Shown here: in pieces, positions 25,234-38,300 of the stretch
Numbering within the stretch: the first letter of the stretch is position 1
Layout of the letters: every line of letters begins with the position of its first letter
NCBI GenBank assembly: GCA_965644295.1
Contig: CBFFRP010000074.1
Location: 62,001 to 126,000 of the forward strand
Origin: Paraphysomonas bandaiensis
Lineage: Eukaryota > Protista > Chrysophyceae
DNA length: 64,000 nucleotides
Reading direction: 5' to 3'
The notes under the pieces: generated by a model
Seen by the model: the letters and a program-made list of their open reading frames with translations, nothing else
What the model was told of the DNA's origin: nothing
Database searches by the model: none
Made by a program: the position numbers and the translations under genes

Positions 25234-26065
25234 TGTCCAGATAGATCAATTCCCGGTTAGGTATGTAAACAACAGACTTCAACAGAAAATTGTCTGACTA
25301 CATAGTTATATTGACAATAATATCAGATGAATAGTTGGTTCTAAACTGTTATTATTTCTATATATATTCAGACTTTGTGTGGGTTTACTTTAATGAATAC
25401 GACTGACTCTTCTATCAACTGCTTTATGATGTATGTATGTATATTTCCATCTAGAATACAGTCATATCTATACCAGGACAATACTGGACGAGGAGTCTGA
25501 CATACAAAGTGTCTATAGCTACGACCGTATCTGTTATTTTTTTAACTGTAGAAAATATGAGGAATATTCGACGAAGATCTGAATGTAGTTTGTGAAAATA
25601 CTGTGCAGTAGTTCTACAAAAATCAAAAATTGAACCCACTGTAATGCCTTTTTACTATGTACGTACGTACAGAGTACTATGTATGAAAGTTTGCAAGGTA
25701 AAGTACGTATTTTCCTCTTGTTGGCTGTTTCCATTTTTTTTTCTATTCATAAGATATCCACCAACATAAATCAGTGACGACACTGACGACTGACGTATGA
25801 TGTTAAAACTACCTACACACTGTTATATATATGTGCTTTTGAAGGTGCTCAACTGTGTATCTATCGCTTTGTCTCATCTTCATCTCCATTCGGTTTATAA
25901 CGATACATTACATTCAATTGCATGTTATATACATCCTCATAATAGGGTGTCCCTATACATTACCTTACAATAGTAGTGAATATTATACAGATAAATTTAT
26001 TTGTGTGTAGTTGCTGACGTTTTTAAGTTTATCGTTAGGTTGAAATATAGATAGATATATAAAGC

Positions 26066-27633
26066 ATGTTTGAAGGTCTGCTTCGATCAGGAAAAGACGT
26101 TAAGAAAGAACCCAATAGTGGAGAGAAGGGTGCCGGAAGAAGAAAGTATCAAGATGTAAGGGAGAACAGATCATATCGCCTGCGTATGGCGGCACTAGAT
26201 ACTGCTTATGAAGAGCAAAGTTCCCAGCGAAAGTCACTATCAACACTACCCCCCATAACTACGAGTACACGCCGCGCCATGATTTCGAAAATAGAAAGTA
26301 AAGATGACATAAATATTCGCATTACTCCTACCCATGCCTCGAAAAATTGCAGTAGCCCTTTCGAAAACTCTAGACGTTCATTCTTTTCAAGAAAGGAGAG
26401 TGTGGATGACATTAATCTCCGCTCTACACCCACAAACAAATTGTTGGAATGTAGCCCTTTTAGTAGAAATTTTTTCCCCGCGTATGATATCTCAGATGGC
26501 TCGTCGAAAAGACTGGAACCCCTACCGACGCTTGAAACTGATGCTCGGTTGATATTTAACGGCCCCTGTTTAGTGTGGCGACGGAATATTCGATGTGATA
26601 TTGTCATATTCGAGCATAATGACTTCGGGTGCTACGAGGTAATACTCATTGATTTAGATAGACAGGCGGAGATTAGTAGGATGTACTTAAGTATTCAAGG
26701 TGTGAATGACATTCTGGATGAAACTGTGGACACAGCAGTCTATAGACAGCGTGAAATTAACAGACGAGAATTTATCACAGAGGCGAGAAAATCATGTGCA
26801 ATAGAATTTATTTCTGCATCCCTAAAAATGGAGTCTGAAGCAGTCGATGGACTTACTAGCACACATGTGATATCATGCGGACGATATGATGGTGAGCACG
26901 AGACATAGTGGACTTGTACTATTTGTTATATTGCACGTTATTACCTTCTAGTGTGTGCGTCGTGTATTTTATTATTCTTATTATTGCAGCCGACGCTGGA
27001 GAGTATAAGAGGATCGATATACCAAAGCCCAAGATGCTCATTCCTGCGAAGTACAAACACAAGTTTCACACAATAGGGAGGTAGGCTGTCCCATGTATCT
27101 TTCAGAAATGTACTGAAATATCTTATGCAGACGCCACAGTGATGTTGTCGCTGCTATTGAAAACCTTCTTAACACAACTTCGACACTCACCAAGGATATA
27201 AATGCTGCTTCGGAACATGCACAAATATCACACTCTTCGCTAGGCGAACTGAAAAGGATCGATAACAAGGTTTCACTGAAAGAGACTCCACTCCTCAACC
27301 CTCGCGTAGTCTATTGGAGGCTTAAGTGGAAGTGGGCTATCCGACAGGTTATTATAAAGAACAAGATCGCGAAAGCAATGGGTGGTGCATGGGCGAGGTG
27401 CTGTCAATGCCATTTTTTGTATTTATTAACACTGCTGTGTACATGTGTACAGAGCTGTTTTTGCCCGCAAAACACACGACCTTGCCCTGTTGAAGCACAC
27501 AGAATTGGGTAAACTGAAAAAAGTTGGAAACTTCAGAAAGCTCGCAGTGAAGAGCTCTCCATTTCCTGGAGCTAACTCAGGTAGTGCTTACATAGATCTT
27601 GAATTCATTGTTGACGGAGTAACTGATATCTAA
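26066..27633 (+). CDS. Hypothetical protein (multi-exon, unknown function)
   Basis: 280-aa first exon with a globular-looking segment (CLVWRRNIRCDIVIFEH..YEVILID). Further exons are bounded by GT/AG near 26892-26989, 27081-27130 and 27398-27451. No family recognised. Confidence 0.55.
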
Positions 27634-29341
27634 ACTCCTATAGTTGATGAAATGATGCAAAATGCAAGGGTTGTGCCACTAGCATCTAAGTCTGGGACAG
27701 GTGGAGTACATGGAAGAGCCGGAGAACTTCCGTTTAAATTTGGACATCGCAACCGAGTAAAAGCACCAACAAGCTAAATTGTCATTTGGAACTTGCTCAA
27801 TGACCAGTGCAAAGAAAGACTTATACAATACATTGTGGATAGTATATGTAGTGACATAGGTAATATCCAACATATTTATCTGTGCATTTAGCGTATATTT
27901 GTCGATTTCCTTATGACCATAAATAGCGCGTGACTTTAAGTTCGTAAAGTGTTTACCTCCAAAGTTCACCACTGCCAAAAGCGTTGTAATAACCGCACCG
28001 AGAAATGTATTAGAAGTAAAAGATATATAGGAATCACGCAGTTTATAATAATACTCGTGTAGCTCTATGATGATATTTAAATTTTGAGCTATGTAGGCAA
28101 GGACTTTCAAGTCAAACTTGATATTAGGGAAGGTCATGTTCGTGCCCAACAAAAGTAGCTACATATCAGCTGTGGCAATACTTATGTGTTATGTATGTTT
28201 TATGTATGTCATTCTACGAGAGCAAAGATTAAAATTTAATTAGAACTCTACGGTCTATGATACTTAGTAACACTTACTTCTATTCACACTTAATAACAAC
28301 TTAGTAACACTATATAACACACTTAGTATACATAATATACATACAATTTATAGGACTTGAATATTCCAAACACACACGTCATATTCTATTTTAGTTTTAT
28401 ATGCCACGTACAAATAGAACTACGCTCAAAATTCCACATCAGCGCCTACCGCAACACCGCAACAGCAACGTAGAATGCACACAATATCTACATGCGCATG
28501 ACCACATTAATCACGCAGTGTGTGCAGTGTGAATAATAGAACAGTTTTAAATTCTAAATACTACCAATTAGAGCATATCCAGCGGTCCAAACAGGCCAAG
28601 GGGCTTCACCTATGGTAGAATGAATAGTCTCCTGTCGGAGGGTCATGTACGCAGAGGCTGCAAGATAATATACGACCTTTGGCTCGTGGAAATGATAAAA
28701 ATAGAAACAAACCTCAAAAGTATGTCATCAGATTCCTGTCCAGAGTTGTATGAGTGGTCTACGGACCTCTTTATGAGTCTATCCTCATAAACTCCTCGCT
28801 CTCCTCAATACTGTGCAACTAGAGTATATCTAGACATCTAGACATGCCTATCCCACAGAGTATCCATCATCATGCATCTCTCCGCTCCATTACTCCTCCC
28901 ATAGAACTCCAATGCCCTAACACCATCAAGTAGGAATAATTATTCAGGTATTAGTCCTCGTCACATCATACTTACCCACAGTCAAGATCTTTGGCGAACA
29001 GTATTCTGAAATACTACAGTCCTGTATACTATATCATGCTGTGTCATAAACTATGTGCTTCTCAGGAGCCGTTAAAATGCCGTATACGCAGTATAACACT
29101 GTATTACGACATCACGAGCACCACAGCAATAGGGATGGGTTTGGTACACATAAGTCCATATGATCGTCATGTACGATGATGAAGTCACTGACTGATGATT
29201 CACTAGATACACCGTGTCTGTATGCATATATAGTCATTGAACAGTAAATATGGCATAGTTTAAGGTCACTATAGTGACGAAAACAGATGATGTTTTCTCG
29301 GATACCGTGTTGAAAGTCTTCTTGTTGAAGTGTTAAATACA

Positions 29342-32300
29342 ATGAATTCATGGTGGACATCGTTGTTTGTCCTGCTTGTAATTCATACCTTACAGACAGG
29401 TAGTAAACAATAGTTAGTAAGAGTGAATAGATGTCATATATTTGTTTGTTTATTATGTAATTTCATTTTTTTATATATAGGGAGAGCCACATATAGCAGT
29501 GACGAGGACACTTTCTTATGTGATTTGGTGACTGCATCAAATGTTGAAACTATAAAAGGATCAGATTGGGATTGTTCTAACACGGCTAATAAATGCACTG
29601 ACTGGGATGGTATCATCTGCACAAGCGGCGTCATCACAAAAATTGATCTTGCTAACGATGGCGTCTCTGGTACTTTGCCATCCAGTATAGGCTCTCTTAC
29701 AGAGTTGAGCTTCTTATTCCTAAAATACAATTCATTTAGTGGAACTCTCCCCAGTACCGTTGGTTGCTTAAACCTACTCAAACAACTGCAAGTTCACCAA
29801 AATTCGTTCCATTCGAGTTTGCCAGATATGTTTTCCAGTATGTCTCAGCTCACCAAACTTTATCTGGACGGAAATTCGTTTACTGGAAATTTGCCGGTAT
29901 CATTAAGTGCATTAAATTTGGAAACTTTTTCTGTGAAATGGAATTCATTTGATGGCACATTACCAACATATATAGGCAGCTGGACGGATTTGACGGTTTT
30001 GGCGCTAGAAGATAATATATTCACGGGCTCAATACCAACGACCTTTGCATCGTTGACTAAATTAAGTATGCTTTTTCTGGAGGAAAATTCCTTGCACGGA
30101 AGTGTGCCGGATATATTTGGTTCAATGTCTCAGCTAGCTGAATTAACGCTTAAAATGAACTCATTCACTGGTTCCTTGCCGTCATCAATGGGCAGTTTGT
30201 CGAATCTGCAGCAATTGGATATGTCCGTAAATTCGCTGACCGACATACCGTCTACGTTAAGTCAATTATCCGGATTAACTTTGTTAGATCTTGGTTCGTG
30301 CCCGCTATCGGGTGTTGAACCACTGGAAAAAATAATGAAGCTATCCAATTTGGAATTCTTGCATATAGGGAATGCCAACTTTTCTTCTACTCTGCCATCG
30401 ACGGTAGGTAGCCTTGACAAACTGTCCTACTTGTCGTTGGCGGTGTCCAAAATTAGTGGGAGCATTCCGTCAGATGTGAGTAACATGGGTTATTTAACTG
30501 AACTAAGACTCTATGGAAATGATTTCACTGGGACAATTCCTTCTGTTGTCTGGGGAATGACTGGTCTTAAAAAGCTTCTTCTGAATTGGAATGACCTGCA
30601 GGGATCTATACCCTCTGATATTGGATCGTTATCAATGCTAGTAACGCTTGGACTCGAGGACAACGATTTTTCCGGAATTATTCCTTCTAATATTGCATCT
30701 CTTGATAGCCTAACTAGTCTTGTGCTTGGGCTTAACTCATTCGGTGGGGTCATCCCGTCAAGCATCGGCGACCTCTCGAAACTAGTTATTCTTGAAATGA
30801 ATGGCAATTCTCTTGGCGGGGTGGTACCCTCGCATTTGGGAGATCTTTCAAAGATGGAAGTGCTACTACTGCAGGACAATTCACTCTCTGGGGCACTTCC
30901 AAGTGAATTGGCCGTTTTAACGAAACTTAAGGAATTACGACTGGAAGGCAACAATATGAACGGAGCATTTCCATCAGAACTTTGTAGCATAGCTTCATTG
31001 ACTAAGTTCTGGCTAACCAGCACCATTGATGCTTGTGTGTTTCCTGAGCCTTCGGGACATCCTACGAATGAGCCATCCGGGCAGCCAACGAGTGAACCGA
31101 CTGCTCTATCAACAGGACAACCTACTTCTCAGCCATCTGGTCACCCAACAAGTCAACCATCAGGTAAGCCAACTGGTCAACCATCTAGTCAACCTTCGGG
31201 TGAACCAACAGGCCAACCAACTGGTCAGCCGTCATGTCAACCAACGGGTGAGCCCACAGGTGCCCCCACGGGTTTACCTTCTGGTGAACCAACAGGTCAA
31301 CCAACTGGTCAGCCTTCGGGGCTTCCAACAGGCCAGCCTTCATGTCAACCTACGGGTGAGCCCACTGCGTGTCCAACGGGTTTACCCTCTGGTGAACCAA
31401 CAGGTCAACCAACAAGTCAGCCCTCAGGTCAACCTACTGGTCTACCATCTGGTGCACCAACAAGTGATCCATCTGGTGCCCCCACGGGTTTACCTTCTAG
31501 TGAACCAACAGGTCAACCAACGGGTCAACCTTCGGGTGAACCAACAGGTCAACCATCTGGCGAGCCATCAGGGCAACCTACTGCTAAACCAACAGGTTTA
31601 CCCTCTGGTGAACCAACGACTCAGCCCTCAGGTCAGCCAACTGGTCAACCATCTAGTCAACCTTCGGGGCTTCCAACAGGTGCCCCCACGGGTTTACCTT
31701 CTGGTGAACCAACAGGTCAACCTATTGGTGCACCAACAAGTGATCCATCTGGTGCCCCCACGGGTTTACCTTCTGGTGAACCAACAGGCCAACCAACAGG
31801 TCAACCTACTGGTCTACCATCTGGAGCACCAACAAGTGATCCATCTGGTGCCCCCACGGGTTTACCTTCTGGTGAACCAACAGGTCAACCAACGGGTCAA
31901 CCTTCGGATGAACCAACAGGTCAACCATCTGGCGAGCCATCAGGGAAACCTACTGCTCAACCAACAGGTTTACCCTCTGGTGAACCAACGACTCAGCCCT
32001 CAGGTCAGCCTACTGGTCAACCATCTAGTCAACCTTCGGGGCTTCCAACAGGTGCCCCCACGGGTTTACCTTCTAGTGAACCGACAGGTCTACCATCTGG
32101 CGCACCAACAAGTGATCCATCTGGTGCCCCCACGGGTTTACCTTCTGGTGAACCAACAGGTCAACCAACAGGTCTACCATCTGGCGAGCCATCAGGGCAA
32201 CCTACCGCTCAACCAACAGGTTTACCCTCTGGTGAACCAACAACTCGGCCCTCAGGTCAGCCAACTGGTCAACCATCTAGTCAACCTTCGGGGCTTCCAA

Positions 32301-35300
32301 CAGGTGCCCCCACGGGTTTACCCTCTGGTGAACCAACAGGTCAACCTACTGGTGCACCAACAAGTGATCCATCTGGTGCCCCCACGGGTTTACCTTCTGG
32401 TGAACCAACAGGCCAACCATCTGGCGAGCCATCAGGTCAACCTACCGCTCAACCAACAGGTTTACCCTCTGGTGAACCAACAACTCAGCCCTCAGGTCAG
32501 CCAACTGGTCAACCATCTAGTCAACCTTCGGGGCTTCCAACAGGTGCCCCCACGGGTTTACCCTCTGGTGAACCAACAGGTCAACCTACTGGTGCACCAA
32601 CAAGTGATCCATCTGGTGCCCCCACGGGTTTACCTTCTGGTGAACCAACAGGCCAACCATCTGGCGAGCCATCAGGTCAACCTACCGCTCAACCAACAGG
32701 TTTACCCTCTGGTGAACCAACAACTCAGCCCTCAGGTCAGCCAACTGGTCAACCATCTAGTCAACCTTCGGGGCTTCCAACAGGTGCCCCCACGGGTTTA
32801 CCTTCTGGTGAACCAACAGGTCAACCTACTGGTCTACCATCTGGTGCCCCCACGGGTTTACCTTCTGGTGAACCAACAGGTCAACCATCTGGCGAGCCAT
32901 CAGGTCAACCTACCGCTCAACCAACAGGTTTACCCTCTGGTGAACCAACGACTCAGCCCTCAGGTCAGCCAACTGGTCAACCATCTAGTCAACCTTCGGG
33001 TGATCCAACAGGCCTGCCTTCAGGGCAACCTTCTGGTCTGCCATCTGGTGAACCGACTGGATATCCCACAGGTGAGCCGTCAGGTCAACCTTCAAGTCAT
33101 CCATCTGGCCAGCCTTCATTGCAACCTACGGGCTTACCATCTGGTAAACCAACAGGTCAGCCATCTAGTGCGCCTACGAGCCAACCAAGTTGTCGACCTT
33201 CGGGGCGGCCCTCTTTTCTGCCAACAGGCCAACCGACTGGGTTTCCTTCTGGTAAGCCAACGAGCGACCCTTCTGGAGAGCCTACAAGTCAACCTTCGGG
33301 GCTACCGAGTAGTGGACCTACTGGTCTACCTACTGGTCAACCAACTGGCGAACCTACAGGTCAGCCAACTGGGTATCCCACAGGTCAACCGACTTATAAA
33401 CCTACAGGTGTTCCTACTGGATGTCCAACTGGTCGACCAACAGGTATGCCCTCTGGAGATCCTTCTAGTCAGCCTACTGATCTTCCTACAGGAAGTCCTT
33501 CTGGTGATCCATCTAGCGAGCCTACTGGGAAACCTACCAGTCAACCATCTCTTACACCAAGCAGTCAGCCATCATGTGTTCCATCCGGTGATCCTACTCT
33601 ACAGCCAAGCGGCCAGCCAACTTGTCAACCTTCTTCGGTACCGTCAGAAAACCCATCCAATACACCATCTGTCATTCCGAGCTCAGAGCCGTCTGAGGTG
33701 CCCACAAGCCTTCCAAGTGGCTTCCCCACAGTGCTTCCTTCCTCTGCCCCATCTCAGATTCCGACTGTGTACCCGTCAGGAGTCCCATCTTCTCTTCCCA
33801 GTGCTGAGCCAACTTCCTCACCGACTCGCCGTCCCACAGTTCACCCCACGGTTCTGGGTGAAACGAATCCTCCCACCTCGGCACCCACATTACTTCCTAC
33901 GTTAGTCCCATCCCAAAGTCCATCATCACTCCCAACGACTTCTGTACCAACATCCCAGCCTACCCTCAGTCCGACACACTCTCCTGCCCCTATTATTTTA
34001 AATCTTGATATTGACATCTTGAAGTCTGAAGTAACAATAACAACAAGGCTTTCGAAAGAAGGAAGAGTGTACTGTGGTGTGTACGTGCTCTCCTCGCCAC
34101 CACTCTCCATTACTTCTGTCATTGTTAACAATAATTTTGCCGTCGTTGAATATCCTGAGGTTTTCACTGAACTTAGGATTGGTGCCCTGCAGCCCAGTAC
34201 TAATTATAATGTGTATTGCGTGGCAAGAAGTATTTACGGCGTTACAACTTCATACTCGGATATGATGTTAAACAAAAAGACTATCCGCACCCAGTGCTGC
34301 AAGAAAATAGCGATCTCATTGGCTGGATTGTCGTATTTTGAAGGCACTGATGTATCTTCATTTCTTACTGTTGCTGCTGATGCCGCTCCTTCATCACCTC
34401 TCTCTTTGACCTTCACTGCGAAGAATATTGATTCTAATTTGACCACTGCTATGTTTTTCCCGACTAGCGTTGTAATATATTCTCATTCTTGGGAAAAGAC
34501 ACGGTATGTAGCATTGTCAGGCTCAACTGCAGGCCGATATATGGTCAGCGTTTCCAGCAGTGGTATAGATGCTGCTGACTATGAAATTGCGTTCAGTGGA
34601 CGAAACGAATTTAATCTTATATCATCCAATGTTAAGCCACCTGTTCCTATGTTGTCATCAGCAGTTTTTACATCTGACGGGTCGTCCATCGTTTTGAAGT
34701 TCGATTCTTCTACTGACATGGGTGGTCAGTCATCGACATTTACTTGTTCGCTATTGTTTTCTTTTGTAGGGGATGACAATGCAGTTTGTGAATGGACTAC
34801 TCCTTCTACTGTCTTAATGTCTCTGGGAGGAAATGTGCGTGCTAATGTTGGGGACAACATTACTGTTGTGACGAACACTTTAAGAGCTGCTTGTCTTTTG
34901 TCATTCGCTGAGTGTATGCAGTGGGAATCCGTTCTTTCAACGCTGTCAGTTTCCATTTCAGCTCCAGATGCACCCATCGTTCCAATAGTTGTTGTTTCTG
35001 GACCTGAGGTTTCTGGACAGTGCGACGAAGTTATTTTGGACTTTTTATCCTCTACTGGATCTGGAGGGAGGCGTTGGAAGAACATAACAGTTGTTGTACA
35101 CAGTCAAAGCACCTCTGTTGAGCGTCTAAATGATTTTTTTATGTCAACTTACGAGTTAAGCCCTCCAACACCTATACCATTTGACTTCCTTGAGTCTGGA
35201 AACTTCTATGATTTCCATGTCTCTTTGTGTAACTTTTTAGGGAAATGTTCACTCTCAATACATCAACTATATATAACAAATAACGCCGTTCCAAATGTTC

Positions 35301-38300
35301 GTCTTCTGGGACCAAAGTCAAGATCGATGGCTGTAGGAACCTCCCTCCTCCTTCAAGCGCAGGCCTACATGTCAGAGTGTGACGGGTCCAAATCTTACGC
35401 TGGCCTTGTGTACTCGTGGAGCGTTACAAGAGATGGTGTACTTGATAGCTCAGTATCCTCATCAGCAAGAGACCTGACAAAATATAGAATTCTACCTTAC
35501 ACCCTTGAACCTGGTTCTGTATACGAGTTTTCTGTGCAAGTGACTAGTGATTCTGGGCAGAAGTCAACCTCATCATCGTTTGTGACAACTACCAAGTCAC
35601 CTCTCGTTGCTGTCATTTCTGGCGGGACACATCAAACAGTAAGACGGGGGGATAGTATCGTTATAGATGCATCGAAAAGCTATGATGCTGATACTGCTGA
35701 CGACGCGCATCTGTCGTACATTTGGAGCTGTTATCAGCGTAAACCCAGATTGTCGACTGAGTGTGGTTTGTATATGTCCGTCAATCGTTCTGTTGTTGTA
35801 GCACACCCGTTGCTGACGACGGGTGTTGCATCTGAGTTTGTCGTCACTGTATCTGTCTCAGACTCTTCTCGAGAAAGCGAGCGATCTGTTTATATCACCA
35901 TTGGAGAAGCATCTGACCCAGTGGTGACGGTGTCGATGAAAAATACCGCACAGAAGGTAAATCCTACAGATGCTCTCACTCTCTTAGGCTCCGTTGAATT
36001 ATCGGTTCCTGCTATGGTCAAGTGGGTTGTGGAAGATGGTTCCATTGACCTGGCTCAATTATCACGCACGACGGTGTCGAAAGTAATTGGACCTGGTCAA
36101 CATGTGTTTAACTTAGTTATTATGGAGAACTCGCTTGTCGGAAGGGCTTCGCCATACATATTTTCACTTTCTGTGGACGATCACGTAATGGCATCTTTGT
36201 CAGTGATCGTCAACTCCGCTCCATCCCCTGGAACGTTTGCTGTGTCTCCCCCAAATGGCACTGCCATTGTCACAAAGTTTACTTTCGCAGCCACACTGTG
36301 GACAGACGATGACTCACCTGTCAGTTTTCAATTCGGTTATTTATCGAAACGAGGCAATGTCAATGTCGTAAGAGGTAGATCTGAATCTGGATACGGATCT
36401 ACTACATTACCGGCTGGCCAGAAGAACAGGAATAACGAATTAACGTGCCATGTGGTGGTGTTCGACGTGTTAAATGCCTATTCCTCGGCAACCAATGATG
36501 TTGTTGTAGGTGAAACGCAACTGAACTCGGCGGATCTACAAACTAAAATTGCAAGAGACATCAGCACCAATTCTGGTAGTTTGGATGGAACCAAGGAGAC
36601 TCTGTCGGTTGCAAGTTCGATTTTGAACACCAAGGATTGTTCGTATGCACCCCATTGCGCAGCGTTGCATCGAGAAGAGTGTGATATCACGGATAACACT
36701 TGTGGGCAGTGCTTGTCAGGCTATGTAGGCATTGAGGGTGACGACAATTCGGAGTGCCTCAGTGCCGAGACTATTGAAGTAAATCCTGGTATCAATGCGA
36801 CCGCATCCTGCAGTGCCGATAATGACTGCGGCTTGTGGGAGTTTTGTGATATGGAGAGCTTTGTGTGCAATAAATTGCTGAAACCGTGTCGTCAGAATTG
36901 TACAGGAAGTGGAAAGTGTATGCATGAGAATGTGGACAGTGGTGCACCTGTTGAAGAATGTTTCATGGACGACACGACATGTGTCGCAGTCTGTGAGTGC
37001 ATCGAGGGATTCAGCGGCGAATTGTGCCAAATGAGTGCTGCTGAGTTAGAGCTAAAGAAATCGATTCGGCAGCAGCTTTTGGTGGGGCTAGAATCGGTGT
37101 GCGAAACAGATGAACCCAGCGCCGATAGTATTTATACATGGCAATCGTCTCTCAGTGCTATCACCCAGTCATCGGAAGAGCTCTCACCAGAAGCATCTGA
37201 AGTCGCCCTCAATATTGCTAGTTCTATACTTTCTGGTGCATCTGAGTATGTGGTATCGCATGATAGTCTGTTGGGAGTTTTGAATTCGATTGACTCGGCA
37301 GTTATTGCCTCTCAGTCATCTTCCAAAGATTCTGTTCGTCGACGATTATCCAGTTTAATAGATTCTATCGACTTGCTAGATAGGTATGGATATACCATTG
37401 CAGGCGACATAGTTGAGGGGCAGAATGCGATAGAAAGCATCAACAAAATGTTTAGATTAACAACGCAAGTGATATCGAGTATCGAAGACATTGTATTTCC
37501 CCAAACAACTGCGGAACAATTGTCTGGTATTGACCCAGCAATGTTAGTTTTCAATGGGGATTCTGATTCTACCCTGCGAGTGTCAGCTATGTCTGTCAAG
37601 GCAAGGCTGTATAACGAAACTGAAGACTTAAACTCTAATGCATTGCGGGTGCAATTTGTTGACAGCACTCTTGGAACGAACTCAACAGTTACTTTTGTAA
37701 TTCAAAATATTGTGGAGACAGCGTATGAATCTATCAACGGTTCTCTTACTGTGAACACGACATGTGTTGATGGAGATTCTGCTGAGTACGAGTATATATG
37801 TCCTGGTGGACTTGGGAATGATATGACGATTAGGCATAAGTGTAATGGAAGTGCTGCTATAATGAAAACGATATGCCCCACAGTCACCAAAGTGCCTGCC
37901 TGTCGAGTGCTGAGTGGGGAATCCTTCAACTGTTCGGTTAAGTCTTTTACTGCGGCGTCTATCATGTGTTCGTGTTCGTTGAAGAGTGGTGGTTCCGAGC
38001 GACGGTCACTCTCATGGAAGGATTCAGGAGCTTTGGAGGTGATATATTCTAGTTGGCAAAAGAAGTCATTGACTTATATATATGTATACATAGGTAGCCG
38101 CTGTTACTGAACTGGTGGTTGAGGACTTCAGTACTACTATATTAACGACCAGTGATTTCGATTCCACTGAAGATCTTAAGAATACCATGATTGTAGTTTT
38201 GCTGTATGGCGTCATGTGGTACGTGTTGTGTCTCCGTTACTACTCTCTATTATATATTTATTGCTATATGCCTTTTGTGTACAGGGTCGGCGGCTTAATT

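Noticed and set aside
28560-28950. GC-richer intergenic patches (also ~41700-42960, 54560-55320, 61880-62350) as possible TE or gene relics
   Set aside because: The translations I tried gave no recognisable domain, and I found no terminal repeats; cannot be supported without a search.
31026-33905. 959-aa overlapping ORF (LVNQQV repeats)
   Set aside because: Shadow frame of the 12-bp coding repeat: the unit lacks stops in that frame and the ORF is co-extensive with the array.
31045-33990. Possible CRISPR-like array
   Set aside because: No unique spacers; in-frame coding tandem repeat inside a eukaryotic exon.
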